A stretch of 64,000 nucleotides of DNA from Thermoplasmatota archaeon (GCA_030740765.1 JASLWR010000004.1:24873-88872); one strand, 5' to 3'. Numbered from the stretch's first letter, positions 48,034 through 58,737 are shown. Notes: generated by a model not told the origin, from the sequence alone. Program-made: numbers and translations.

Positions 48034-49062
48034 GTGTTTTTATATAAAAATATGATATTTGAAAAAATGACAGGTCTTACTCATAGGGTAAGGGAAATAT
48101 TCGTGGAACGTAGATATTGTCAATGGTGTGAAGCTCGACAGAAAGTCGAGGTTCGGAGCTTGACGATGTTCGCGGAATCGCAGCCCAGAGGGACCGATTC
48201 CGCTGAATTCTATAAATGGAGCTTTTTTTTTCTTTCTGCAGTTATCCTCGTTACGATCTGTTTAATATTAGTTACGAGTGATATCGAAAATAATACTGAT
48301 GAATTTGAGATCGAGAATTCTATCCTTTCTACCGACGAGCCTGTTATCATAGGTACCCGGGCCGATGAGAGCTGTCCGGCCGGCGGTTCCGTGAATGGTG
48401 ACCAGGAATACTCTTGCGGGAGTTCCTGCCACGATGTACAAAGCGCTTCGAAAGTGATTTTGAGTACATCCTACCAGGCCATGTCACCAGGAGAGACCAT
48501 TACTGTTACAGTAAGAATAACTGGTGCGGAAGCCCAGAGTTCCTCTGTGGGAGTGTTTCTGGTAACAAGCCTGTCGTCCGAAGAGAGCCACCCTGGGGAA
48601 GGCGGATGGGAAATTTTATCGGACCCCAGCGGTTCGACGAATTTTAATTACTATCTGAAAGATGCAGTTTATGGCGGGGGGGCCTGGACATGGACCCTCA
48701 AGGCTCCAGCGAATCCGGGGACGTATTACCTTTATGCAAGGGAACACCATGGAAACGGGCAGAAATATTGGCAGGAAAACACAAATGGGCTGAAATTCGA
48801 TGTTATCGAGACGGAAGGTTCCGGCTCAGGATGGTTGCCTTTGATCTATGTGTTCACGGGTCTCATCATAAGTTTCTTCGTTATCTTGATAATTAAAACA
48901 ATACGGAAACGCGACTCATCAAAAAAGGGTGGGACAAAAGATTTCCAGGATGTTTACGAAGACGGCGAAACGATGATCGAATGTCCCAAATGCGCCTGCT
49001 CGTTAAAGGCAAAGAACCGGAATCGACATAAGAGAAGGTGCACAATTCGCGGGCGGATTTGA
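48034..49062 (+). CDS. Membrane protein: N-terminal TM anchor, ~170-aa extracytoplasmic domain, second TM helix, basic cytoplasmic tail with C-terminal zinc ribbon
   Basis: TM1 FFFLSAVILVTICLILV. TM2 WLPLIYVFTGLIISFFVILII. C-terminus IECPKCACSLKAKNRNRHKRRC. The track start is an alternative GTG; a likely ATG is at 48052. Confidence 0.6.
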   Translation: MFLYKNMIFEKMTGLTHRVREIFVERRYCQWCEARQKVEVRSLTMFAESQPRGTDSAEFYKWSFFFLSAVILVTICLILVTSDIENNTDEFEIENSILSTDEPVIIGTRADESCPAGGSVNGDQEYSCGSSCHDVQSASKVILSTSYQAMSPGETITVTVRITGAEAQSSSVGVFLVTSLSSEESHPGEGGWEILSDPSGSTNFNYYLKDAVYGGGAWTWTLKAPANPGTYYLYAREHHGNGQKYWQENTNGLKFDVIETEGSGSGWLPLIYVFTGLIISFFVILIIKTIRKRDSSKKGGTKDFQDVYEDGETMIECPKCACSLKAKNRNRHKRRCTIRGRI

Positions 49063-49203
49063 TCTTATACTTTCCATAACACCTTTAAAGGCGGTATAAC
49101 AAACGTTAAGCAAGTGATCTCTTTTGGTCTGAATTCTATTGATTGTATGACTTCCACAACAAATTCAATGATTTGATTTCGATGTTATCTTTTCTTAAAA
49201 GTT

Positions 49204-49677
49204 TTATTCTACATTGTTCAATATCTTTTCCATTTTCACAAGAAAATCATCAACTGTCCCCTCCAACAGTTCCACCATTTTCTTGTAGTGCCTGTGACCC
49301 ATGCCGTAGGGGTCCTCCACTTCCTTTCCACTGGTCCCGTATATCCAATCAAGATATGTTTTTGTATTTCCATGCCTGTGAATGGATAGAATACCGTTCA
49401 TCTCGTATATTCCCATTGGCAGAATCAGATCGTTCTCTTTCATCATCCCCGGGGTGGCTACCCTTGATCTATGTTCTCGGATGGAGGCAATCCCCATTTC
49501 CCGACCAACAATATTCCGGACCGCCTCGGCGGCCCGGTTGCCGGGATTTATGAGGCCCGCCGAACTTATTCTTACCCTTTTTTCCAACGGGTGACCATGC
49601 AGTCGGTGCAGTATCAGATGCTCGGCAGCAGGCGACCGACAAATGTTACCCAGACAGGTGATTAAAATTTTGTACAT
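49204..49677 (-). CDS. Low-molecular-weight protein tyrosine phosphatase / arsenate-reductase-like (CX5R P-loop)
   Basis: MYKILITCLGNICRSPAAEHL contains the CxGNxCRS signature. Confidence 0.8.
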   Translation of the reverse strand: MYKILITCLGNICRSPAAEHLILHRLHGHPLEKRVRISSAGLINPGNRAAEAVRNIVGREMGIASIREHRSRVATPGMMKENDLILPMGIYEMNGILSIHRHGNTKTYLDWIYGTSGKEVEDPYGMGHRHYKKMVELLEGTVDDFLVKMEKILNNVE

Positions 49678-49885
49678 AATGACAACTCCGAGTCCGAGGT
49701 ATTGCTTATTATAGTATATAAGGAATGATGATTTTCAATGAATATTCACTTTAATACCCTGTGATAATTGCCACCATAAAGGTAATAAAGGGGTAGTCGA
49801 TAAAGGGAAAGCACAAATTTCTCCTTGATACTCCCCCAAACCAGTTGGATTCAAACTTTTCTAGCGATCCCGAAAGGAAGGTGAC

Positions 49886-50494
49886 GTGTTGGCCTGGTTA
49901 GAAACGATAATGCAATGGTTCTCCGAGGAAGATGTCGGTGGCGACCGAATCATTGATGAAAAATGGCAAATGCTTGAATTGAACGGAGATCCCTCCCGTT
50001 TTGCGGTTTCCAACGAGAATCTTCCCTTTGAGATTGGAATCTATATCAATGAGGAGTTTGCCCATCTGATGGTGTTCACCAATCTCGAGACAGCGGATTG
50101 GTATGTGAAGGACCAGCGCAATATATATTACGATCTCCTGGTCCAGAACAACAAGAACCTTTTCGTCAAGTATTATCTTTCCGGAGAGAATGATACGGTG
50201 GCACTCCGGACAGAACTCGATCTTGCCTATCTCAACAAGAGAGAGTTCAACGATGCCCTCCAGGCCGTTATTGTAGGCACCATGTGGCTTATGAAGAAAA
50301 TGGGGCTTTTGGATGAGAAATCCTGTGAGGTTGGATCCGACAACGAAACCTCGGACAAGATAATGAAGATGCTCGATAAGGGTATTTCCAAGCACGAGAT
50401 CATAAATTCTCTGATAAAAGACTGTGGCATGAATCCCGAAGAAGCAACCGAGAAGGTATTCGCCCTTGCCAAGAACGGGAATAATTCAAGCTAG
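49886..50494 (+). CDS. Hypothetical cytoplasmic protein (202 aa)
   Basis: Clean ORF with no recognisable motif; possibly YbjN-like, but this is not supported by any specific motif. Confidence 0.45.
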   Translation: MLAWLETIMQWFSEEDVGGDRIIDEKWQMLELNGDPSRFAVSNENLPFEIGIYINEEFAHLMVFTNLETADWYVKDQRNIYYDLLVQNNKNLFVKYYLSGENDTVALRTELDLAYLNKREFNDALQAVIVGTMWLMKKMGLLDEKSCEVGSDNETSDKIMKMLDKGISKHEIINSLIKDCGMNPEEATEKVFALAKNGNNSS

Positions 50495-50577
50495 ATCTCT
50501 GATTTTTGGGGATGAACTTTAAATAACATGGCAAAATGGTTCCAAATCCTTAATATAATTATGAAAACCATATTCAT

Positions 50578-52434
50578 ATGGATAATATGGGATCATTTCG
50601 CACACCCATCTCGGTAACGATATTTATCATTATTATAATGGGCCCCCTGGTCATTTTATTGGCCCCGGGGGCAAGTGCTGCGGTTGCAAAGGTCACCATC
50701 TCGATGAATTCACCCACGTCCAAAGTAGCGGAGATGGGATACGGGGAGAAGACCGAAGTGGATTTCACAGGCAAGCTCACGACAGCAGTTGGAAACAACG
50801 GGATAGTAATCACGCTGGAAACCGTCGCAACTGTTCCGGAATATGTCTCAGTGGAATTTCGTCCGTCAGTTATAACCGTTTCAGAGCCCGGTACTCAGAC
50901 TTCGGTATTTTCCGTTCTTGTAACTGTGGGGCACGAGATCGAAGGCGGAACTCCTTTCGCAATTGGCATCCGAGGGAAATGGCATAGTGAAGGTAGTACT
51001 ACCCTATTCAACACGAATACCGAGCACGTTGAACTCAATCCAACAATATATTACGGGATCGAGGTTACCCCTCGAACGCTTATAAAATCGGGACCCAGGG
51101 GCGATTCTCTCATTTTTCCAGTTGCCGTTGAGAGTCTATCCAATACCGATTTCGATTATTCGGTGGGTTTGGACCACTTGACCTATGATGCATATGGCGC
51201 CATGCATTTGCTTGAACATGCGTCCCATCCTGATGGCTTGATCTCCATCTTGCAGCAGAGATCGACACTGCCGAGGCTATCCACAGACACAGTGGAACTT
51301 ACGGTGGATGGGGACAAATATCGGGATGAATGGAGTGTCCTCGAAATAGTTCTTAACCTCTCCATAATGGGAACTGATATTATCGAACATTTCTCCCTCC
51401 ATTCCCAGTCTGTCGGTAGTAATTTTGTATTATTTGTTCCCGGGACTAGCTTCCTGGTGGCCCAGGTTGCTTCATTTGGGATAATGGATCTTGAAGATAT
51501 GACTCTCCCTGAAAGCTGGAACCCGGGAAGCAATTGGGTGATTGAACACAGCATGGGATCTCCTGGTGACGGAAGAAGTTATTCTCTAACGTTGGGAGTA
51601 TTGCTAATAGGTGCGGAGAAAGAGCTTACACTGGAGAGCGAAATTCCTAACGGTTTCGTATTTACACTCGAGCCAAACTCACTTGAGCTGGGCCACCTCG
51701 AACTTGGATTCTTCAATATCACAATTACAAGAGATGCTACGAGCGGAGGGGGTATGTCCGGATCCAATGAGCTTGTCACCATTATCCCCACCGCTCCCGA
51801 TTCCCATTCAACCAAGGTCTTCGTGGTGGTCCCACCCCTCGCTAAAGTTGAACCAGACGGCTTGTCAAACCTTGAGCTTGGGGCTATAGCAGGCGGGATA
51901 TTCATTCTTACCATTCTGGGATTAGGGAAGATGGAGTTATCGAGATATCATCTCTATTGGCTGTTCTTTATTCCCCTTTACACGTATATCCATGAGGAGA
52001 ACGCGTTGGATCATTTCACCCGCGGCAGGATCTACCAGTATATCAAGGACAATCCCGGTGCATATTACTCGAAAATAAAGAAAGAATTGGGGCTGAACAA
52101 CGGCGTGGTGTCTTACCATCTTCAAACATTGAAACGAGTTGAACTGATAAAGTCTAGGAGATCGGGGATACGAAAGATGTTCTTCATCACTGGGTCTCCT
52201 TTGCCGAAAGAAATTAGTGCGAAACTCAACTTTATGGAAACCTCCATAAGGTCGCTGGTCTCGGAGAATCCGGGTATCACACACAAGGAGATCGGGGCGA
52301 ACTTTCCCGACAAGAGCAGCAGGACCATCTCCCATTACGTAAAAAAACTTTCGAGAAAGGATTATATCTATCTTGTTAAGGAAGGGAAATACTCCCGGTG
52401 TTATCCGAAGGAAAAACCGATTCCATCTGGATAA
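50578..52434 (+). CDS. Membrane-anchored transcription regulator: signal peptide, ~430-aa ectodomain, TM helix, two cytoplasmic winged-HTH (ArsR/MarR-like) domains
   Basis: TM segment LGAIAGGIFILTILGL. wHTH 1 RGRIYQYIKDNPGAYYSKIKKELGLNNGVVSYHLQTLKRVELIKSRR. wHTH 2 IRSLVSENPGITHKEIGANFPDKSSRTISHYVKKLSRKDYIY. Confidence 0.7.
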   Translation: MDNMGSFRTPISVTIFIIIIMGPLVILLAPGASAAVAKVTISMNSPTSKVAEMGYGEKTEVDFTGKLTTAVGNNGIVITLETVATVPEYVSVEFRPSVITVSEPGTQTSVFSVLVTVGHEIEGGTPFAIGIRGKWHSEGSTTLFNTNTEHVELNPTIYYGIEVTPRTLIKSGPRGDSLIFPVAVESLSNTDFDYSVGLDHLTYDAYGAMHLLEHASHPDGLISILQQRSTLPRLSTDTVELTVDGDKYRDEWSVLEIVLNLSIMGTDIIEHFSLHSQSVGSNFVLFVPGTSFLVAQVASFGIMDLEDMTLPESWNPGSNWVIEHSMGSPGDGRSYSLTLGVLLIGAEKELTLESEIPNGFVFTLEPNSLELGHLELGFFNITITRDATSGGGMSGSNELVTIIPTAPDSHSTKVFVVVPPLAKVEPDGLSNLELGAIAGGIFILTILGLGKMELSRYHLYWLFFIPLYTYIHEENALDHFTRGRIYQYIKDNPGAYYSKIKKELGLNNGVVSYHLQTLKRVELIKSRRSGIRKMFFITGSPLPKEISAKLNFMETSIRSLVSENPGITHKEIGANFPDKSSRTISHYVKKLSRKDYIYLVKEGKYSRCYPKEKPIPSG

Positions 52435-52446
52435 AACACTGCAAGA

Positions 52447-55400
52447 TCAATCGAGAATTATGTGCCCATCCCCTTGAGGTACCATCTCAGTTGCCCGGAA
52501 ACCTACCTCCTCTGCCAAACTCTCCAGTTCCAGGTCTCCCAGGATCACTGGTTCTACCTGATCCAGTGCTTCAGGGGTGCCGATGGATATTAGAGCCTTC
52601 AGCGCAGCCCTACGATCTTCCATCTCCACCGAACTTTTCAACATCTTAACAAGAGAGGGAACAACCCGTTCGTCTTTCATTTCTCCGAGTACTTTCAATA
52701 CTATCGGCCGCGTTCCCTTTGGTACCGTGAAAAGAACGTTCGCCAGGGCCGGAGCCGTGTAGCTGTTTGCGATATGCTTCAACCTGCTAAGCGTGACCTC
52801 TGCCTCCCCCCTAGACTGGTACATTAGATTGTCAAGGTTGGGTTTAGTAATGTGCTCGAACACACATTCCTTTAAGGGAGAGCGGGCAATACGCTGTAAC
52901 AGGAACCATTTTATGTCATGGTCGTAAAGATCGCTCAATAGCACTTTTGATCTCGTAGATATGCAGGCACTGGATATTACTTTCCCGGGAATAGTATTAT
53001 CAAAGAACGAATCCAAATCCGTATCCGATACAAATTTTTTAACATATTTCGGTTCCATCTCCACCAACATCATGACCAACCCCTTGAAGGTGTTGACAGA
53101 CCTTTTTCCAGGGAGGATGATCTCACTTTTTTTCTCTGCAAACTGCCTGAGAATTTCTTTAACTGAAATGGTGGAACTTACTGCCAGTCTCCATTGCTGC
53201 TCCATGTGATCAGTTCTATTGTCGTTTGAGCCGGTACTGGCTTTTCCCGCCGGCGATCTTTCAGGTATGACTACCCGTTTTTCAGAATTGGACTTTTTCA
53301 CTCCTGGCATTTCCAGAAGTAGCTTCATATAAACTGACAAGACCCTTGCAGCGGTGACAGGATGATTGCTCGCTTCGGCCAAAAGCCCCAGGGGTCGCTC
53401 CATCAATATCTCGTGTATTTCGCGAGATGTTGTGAAGCGTATGTTGTGGGAGACAACGTTTCTCATCTTTAGAAAACCACCCTTCACCGCCACCTCGGAC
53501 AGCCTATAAACGTCGGAATCCTTTAAAATGTCGTAGAGTTTCCTCTTATGCATGCCTAAGTCCTTGGCAATATCCTCAAGAAGCAGTTCCTTTTCCACCT
53601 TTTTTCCCATTGACTCCTTATAAAGGTCCGCATAACGTCCGGGCCTTATCATTGCGTCGGTGATATGTTTGATTATCGTCCTGTCAGGGAGATTCCTTCG
53701 AACATCCTTTGAGGGGTATTTTTTGATCTTGATATCTGAAATTATCTCGTCTTTCTCTCCTGGGCTCTTCATTGTCCCCTTCTTGACTTTCCCCCCCGGC
53801 GATCCGAAGGCTGCCGTATTCTCCCGGGTGATGAGGTTCCCACTTTTCGGATGTGCGAGAATGGTGATCTCAGGTAACTGCTCAGGTAAGGATGAAGGGA
53901 GCTCGATCCTTATGGGGATATCATTTTTGCCCGGCTCCAGCCGAAATCCCTCTATGATGTTAATTTCCCCATATGCCTTTGAAGAGGGCCAGTGAACCCT
54001 GTACTCTTTTCCGGGCAGAATTACGGTAAAATCCACTAATACGTCCTTTTTCGCATCACAGTTGGCCGTGACGGGTATCTCAAGGAGCGTCCCTTCTGCT
54101 CCCTCAGCTTGATCATAATCAAGATCTAACTGAATGTTTTTTCGAAATTCTGCAACTGTCTTCCGGACCTTCATATTCTTTTTGTAATCCCCCAGAAATC
54201 TCAGGGTCTCATTAAGTATCCTGGTGTGGTTATTGATGTTGTTACGAAACCCGTCTCGCAACCATTTGCATGCCTTTTCCAACCTGTTCTCTTGTGACCT
54301 CATCACACGACCAAGTGTGGAAAAGAACAGATATAGATGAAGATAAGCCATATTGAAATTGTATATGTGGGCCGCCAATCCCTCTGGCTTCATCTTGCCC
54401 GGCAAGGAAAAATCACGAATACCCCGTGATACCTTATTCATAAAATACACTGACATGAGACCGAATACCATTGGATAGATTTTCTTGTAATCAGGAACAT
54501 ACTCAGGGCCGCCTGATTCCATTTTTTCTAAAATTTTATCTTTCAATATCCCCGAATCTAGCTGCCTAATGAAAAAATCCATGTCTTTATTGAAGAATGA
54601 AGTGTAATCCAGGTCCAGTTGTTTGATCCTCTCTGTTGCCATCTCAGTATTTTTCACAGACCTGTTGCTTTTTTTTATTCTATCATCGTAAGGGGCAAAG
54701 TGTTCGATCAGGTTTGACGAATCACCATCGCCTATCTTACAGTTTTTCATTATTCTTTTCACAAGATTGTCCATTACAAAGGCATCGGACTTTGCCTTTT
54801 TCGCAAACACCAGCCTTTTCTTGCCCTTGGGCATGCTTTCGACCCTTTTCTTTAATGCTCTTGTGTAACCTTTAATTAAATTCGATGTATAACGGCCGGG
54901 TGTTTCCAATTCTGGTCCGTTTTTACCCAGAGCTTGCAAGGAAGAAGTGTCCTCCATATATGAGCTTATAATGCTTTCAACGAGGAACGTCACTCGGCTG
55001 ATATTCTTTGCATGCTCCTCAAGATAATTTCTGTCGAATCCCATGTTCGCCGCCGTTCTAGCGAGGACAGTAGAATTTAATTTATTCATTTCGTCCGGTT
55101 CAATCAGCACCTTTCCAAGGTGCAAGTTCAAATAAGTACCATTATTCAGCTTGAGAGTAGTAAAATCCTTCTCATTTACGGCTTCAGCCACCTTTTCTCC
55201 ATAGAACAGGTAATTTCCGATTTCCCTTTTAAGGTCCGCCGATAGTCCACTAGCAATCTTCTTGGGAATAATTTCCTTTTCAAGTTTTACCGAAAACTGC
55301 CGGGCCCCCTTTATCAAGAACATGTACGGAAGCCTGAAAACGCTTAGGGGAGTCTTTTCCAGATCGATGTATATTTCAAAGCTTACGTTGACATACCCCG

Positions 55401-56703
55401 AAGGCATTTTATCATCAAGGCGTATCACCCACTCCACTTCTCCCCTTTCTTGAGCTTCCTCCCGGTTTACGTCCAAAACTTCCACCGAAGTGCCCACCCC
55501 CTTTCCTTTTATCGTTTCTGCGGTGATTCTCGCAGTAAATTTCTCATCAATCAACCGGCCTCCGGTCTTGTAAAGGGCGATAAGGTGTACGGATTCTCCG
55601 GGACAATAAGAATATTTATCCGTTGTGGCACCGAAAAATTCGATATCCATGCCGCCTGTTACCTCGATAGCGCCTTTCTCCGTTGCCTCAACATCACCAG
55701 ATATCTCAAAAAATAGCTCATAACTACCTTGGAGTAATTCTTGTGTATCCTCAACGAGAAATTGGTATTCTTTCGGAACAATTTCTCTAGCAGAGTTTGG
55801 CTCCAATGTTATTTTACCCAATGGGATCGAACATATGTCGTTATCGTTTTTTCGAAAGTGAAGTCTTGTTGAAAGATCGAGTATTTCGATGCCTGTGTTA
55901 CTGATCCCCGCCGTGACCGTCAACATGCCACCCGGGAGAATCGAACGGGGACTGATATCAAGCATTGAGAGTGAAATATCATATTTACTCGCAATGAAAA
56001 AAACATTTTCAAAACATTTTGAAGTTTTAACGCTGTAATGACATAGAAATATCTCAACCCCCATTTCACCCTTTTCTTCGATATCTGAGATATTCGCCAG
56101 AAATGTTTCCGTATGCTCTCCCGAAAAAGTTACTCTTTTTTTATCGAAATGATGTAACTTCTTGCCGTTTACATCGAAAATATTACCCCAAATATCGACC
56201 GAACTCTCTTTTCCGGAAGCCTCGAGGATGATATTCATCTCTGCAGGCTTACCCGGTATTACTCTGTAATTGTTAGCCTCAACCCCTTTGATAGAGATAT
56301 CTGGCGGAGTGTATGAGAAAGTTTTTAACATTTCGGGAAGGATCGATGTGTAGTAAACGCCATGTTTCAGAATAACCTTCAACTCGTGCTCATCGGTATC
56401 GGAGAACGTTGGCTCCAGACTCATCCTATGTTTGAATTCCTTCGTTTCTGGTACTACGATATATTTTTCGATCGATTTTACCGGGCCAACACAACTGATC
56501 TCAATTTTTTGTGTAACTTCGTTTTCAGGAAGAGACAATAAAATATCGATGGTGATGGGTTCTCCCGGAGATCCCGTTGAAAGTTTCACATCCCCCGTAA
56601 TTTCAGGTTTTGCGCTCTTCGTGAAAATATCCAGGTTGATTACAATTTCTTCGGCCCCTTTTCCCTTTCGCATGACCTCATTCCCTTTTACCCTAAATAT
56701 CAC
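52447..56703 (-). CDS. Giant cytoplasmic protein (1418 aa) with C-terminal HEAT / PBS-lyase-like repeats and an internal HTH-like segment; function unknown
   Basis: HEAT-like repeats LGEMKDERVVPSLVKMLKSSVEMEDRRAALKALISIGTPEAL. No TM segment or signal peptide. Convergent with the upstream wHTH regulator gene. Confidence 0.7.
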   Translation of the reverse strand: MIFRVKGNEVMRKGKGAEEIVINLDIFTKSAKPEITGDVKLSTGSPGEPITIDILLSLPENEVTQKIEISCVGPVKSIEKYIVVPETKEFKHRMSLEPTFSDTDEHELKVILKHGVYYTSILPEMLKTFSYTPPDISIKGVEANNYRVIPGKPAEMNIILEASGKESSVDIWGNIFDVNGKKLHHFDKKRVTFSGEHTETFLANISDIEEKGEMGVEIFLCHYSVKTSKCFENVFFIASKYDISLSMLDISPRSILPGGMLTVTAGISNTGIEILDLSTRLHFRKNDNDICSIPLGKITLEPNSAREIVPKEYQFLVEDTQELLQGSYELFFEISGDVEATEKGAIEVTGGMDIEFFGATTDKYSYCPGESVHLIALYKTGGRLIDEKFTARITAETIKGKGVGTSVEVLDVNREEAQERGEVEWVIRLDDKMPSGYVNVSFEIYIDLEKTPLSVFRLPYMFLIKGARQFSVKLEKEIIPKKIASGLSADLKREIGNYLFYGEKVAEAVNEKDFTTLKLNNGTYLNLHLGKVLIEPDEMNKLNSTVLARTAANMGFDRNYLEEHAKNISRVTFLVESIISSYMEDTSSLQALGKNGPELETPGRYTSNLIKGYTRALKKRVESMPKGKKRLVFAKKAKSDAFVMDNLVKRIMKNCKIGDGDSSNLIEHFAPYDDRIKKSNRSVKNTEMATERIKQLDLDYTSFFNKDMDFFIRQLDSGILKDKILEKMESGGPEYVPDYKKIYPMVFGLMSVYFMNKVSRGIRDFSLPGKMKPEGLAAHIYNFNMAYLHLYLFFSTLGRVMRSQENRLEKACKWLRDGFRNNINNHTRILNETLRFLGDYKKNMKVRKTVAEFRKNIQLDLDYDQAEGAEGTLLEIPVTANCDAKKDVLVDFTVILPGKEYRVHWPSSKAYGEINIIEGFRLEPGKNDIPIRIELPSSLPEQLPEITILAHPKSGNLITRENTAAFGSPGGKVKKGTMKSPGEKDEIISDIKIKKYPSKDVRRNLPDRTIIKHITDAMIRPGRYADLYKESMGKKVEKELLLEDIAKDLGMHKRKLYDILKDSDVYRLSEVAVKGGFLKMRNVVSHNIRFTTSREIHEILMERPLGLLAEASNHPVTAARVLSVYMKLLLEMPGVKKSNSEKRVVIPERSPAGKASTGSNDNRTDHMEQQWRLAVSSTISVKEILRQFAEKKSEIILPGKRSVNTFKGLVMMLVEMEPKYVKKFVSDTDLDSFFDNTIPGKVISSACISTRSKVLLSDLYDHDIKWFLLQRIARSPLKECVFEHITKPNLDNLMYQSRGEAEVTLSRLKHIANSYTAPALANVLFTVPKGTRPIVLKVLGEMKDERVVPSLVKMLKSSVEMEDRRAALKALISIGTPEALDQVEPVILGDLELESLAEEVGFRATEMVPQGDGHIILD

Positions 56704-56719
56704 AGGGCCCTTAAGTTGT

Positions 56720-57529
56720 TTACGTTCCGATCCATACCCCCGATACGATGTTTCGAAGCGTGGCTATACCCGAGAGTCCGGCGAGGTAACTGGTCTTTGG
56801 ATTGCTTATTGCGGGGAAATTCTTCAGTTTGATACTGAAACTACCGAATCTCCCTGATACTGTGAGATAATGTTTGCTCCTTGTAGCCCCAGGGTCGGCA
56901 ATGATTTTCACGCTTGTTTTATCGAACCCGATCCCTGCAAGCGAAACTGCCGCAGCCACATTGACATTCTTTGGGAACTGTTTCACCGCATCTCGTGCGC
57001 TTCCCTCATAGATCACTTCTGCGTCCTTAAGTTCATACAAGTTTATTCCCTTTCTGTGAATGTATTCTGCGCCTTCGAGGCTTGCTATGGATTTGATCGT
57101 TTTCAGTTCGACCTTATCTAGATTTGCCACATTGGCGGATTTCAGCCCGTCGATACCGGCGATAGCTCCGGAAGGAAGGTAGAGATGACTGGAATGCACT
57201 TTTGTAAGTTCCTTCAGTTTGTCGAACAAGGCATCATCGTTGAAGGCACCGATGCTTAAAACCATAAGGTCTTTACCCTTGCCAAGAACGATAGGACCAA
57301 AATGCTCAACCGCTTCATGGGATGCTGCTTCAATAACTAGGTCCGACTGCTCGATCAATTCCATACAGTCATCCCTGGTGTGCGCTTTAGGAATTCGGGA
57401 AGCCAGTTGTCTACACTTGGACTGGATCGTATCAAACAGGAGAACTTTTGGAATTTCGTTGATATCGTCGCATGCCTTTGCTAGCATGGACCCAATGAAT
57501 CCACAGCCGATTATCCCGATATTCATCAT
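56720..57529 (-). CDS. nadX: L-aspartate dehydrogenase (NAD biosynthesis)
   Basis: MMNIGIIGCGFIGSMLAKA Rossmann motif; Asp-DH C-terminal domain (LPSGAIAGIDGLKSA). Confidence 0.7.
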   Translation of the reverse strand: MMNIGIIGCGFIGSMLAKACDDINEIPKVLLFDTIQSKCRQLASRIPKAHTRDDCMELIEQSDLVIEAASHEAVEHFGPIVLGKGKDLMVLSIGAFNDDALFDKLKELTKVHSSHLYLPSGAIAGIDGLKSANVANLDKVELKTIKSIASLEGAEYIHRKGINLYELKDAEVIYEGSARDAVKQFPKNVNVAAAVSLAGIGFDKTSVKIIADPGATRSKHYLTVSGRFGSFSIKLKNFPAISNPKTSYLAGLSGIATLRNIVSGVWIGT

Positions 57530-57748
57530 ACCACTTTTTCGAAATCTATTATCATTTTTCAGGTTTGAAACGGTTCCGGGCGTGGTAAATTATCTGTTTG
57601 ATTATATACTTTCCTGTCTGTTTGGTGGATGGGAGTGGGGTTAATTGGCGGTATTGGTGAACATTTGTCGTGTTGTCTTTTTATAACGCGGTTCAATGCG
57701 AAAAGTTGAATAGCCTTCGGGTCGTTACAGAATTGTCCCCTTCTCTGA

Positions 57749-58417
57749 ATGCGGATCGAAGTGACAACAATGCCATCCCAAACGAAATTAAAAGCAGGAA
57801 CAATTTTGGATATACTCCAGAAACTCTACCCCGACGTAAAGGTGGGATTTCACTACAGAGATCCGTTTAAGATTCTAATTGTCACAATGCTATCGGCCCA
57901 ATCCACAGATCGACAGACGGGACCCGCGGCAGAGTTTCTTTTCCAGGCATATGATACCCCCGAGAAGCTCTCCGAAGCCTCTTTAAATGATATCGAAACG
58001 AGAATAAAGTCCGTGGGAATTTACAAAAACAAGGCGAAGCACGTCCGAAAAACTTCGGCTATACTTCTTGATCAATTCGCAGGCAAGGTCCCGGATACAA
58101 TGGAGGGACTGCTTACGCTGCCCGGGGTTGGGCGTAAGACAGCAAACATAGTGTTATCCAAAGCCTTTAATCTGAACGTGGGGATCGCGGTGGATACACA
58201 CGTATATCGCCTAGCGCACCGACTGGGCCTTGCAAGCAAAAAGGCGCGGGACCGCGTTGAGGAAGAATTAGTTTCTCTCTTTCCATCATCACGGTATATG
58301 GACATCAATAGTCTTTTGATACACCACGGGAGGGTCGTTTGTAAGGCAAGGAAACCGCTATGTTTGGAATGTGTGTTATCTGGTTTGTGCAAGTATTTTA
58401 TTAAGACGTCCTTATAA
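57749..58417 (+). CDS. nth: Endonuclease III (DNA glycosylase/AP lyase, HhH-GPD with 4Fe-4S)
   Basis: LSAQSTDRQT; HhH motif LPGVGRKTANIVL; C-terminal C-X6-C-X2-C-X5-C cluster (CKARKPLCLECVLSGLC). Confidence 0.85.
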   Translation: MRIEVTTMPSQTKLKAGTILDILQKLYPDVKVGFHYRDPFKILIVTMLSAQSTDRQTGPAAEFLFQAYDTPEKLSEASLNDIETRIKSVGIYKNKAKHVRKTSAILLDQFAGKVPDTMEGLLTLPGVGRKTANIVLSKAFNLNVGIAVDTHVYRLAHRLGLASKKARDRVEEELVSLFPSSRYMDINSLLIHHGRVVCKARKPLCLECVLSGLCKYFIKTSL

Positions 58418-58737
58418 AATTAATTTTTAGCTTAATGTTTTTTATATCGGGCCGACGTTCGCCTTAGGAGCCGCCCGTAGGCATTGCCGAGGGCGGCCAC
58501 TTCGTTCCGCACAATTAAAATTGTGCTCCGCCTTCGATTTCCGAGGGAAATCTACAGGCTCAGGGGTATCCGTAGGCAAACTTGCCGAGGATACAAATGA
58601 ATCTTTGATTCATTGAGTATCTTTGATACCCCGCAGTGAACGGGAGTCGGCCCTCTTTAGTAATATAATTTCGATCGTTCTCCAGCAACCCCCCAGTACT
58701 GAATACACACGAATCGAATGATAAGTGGGATATCACC

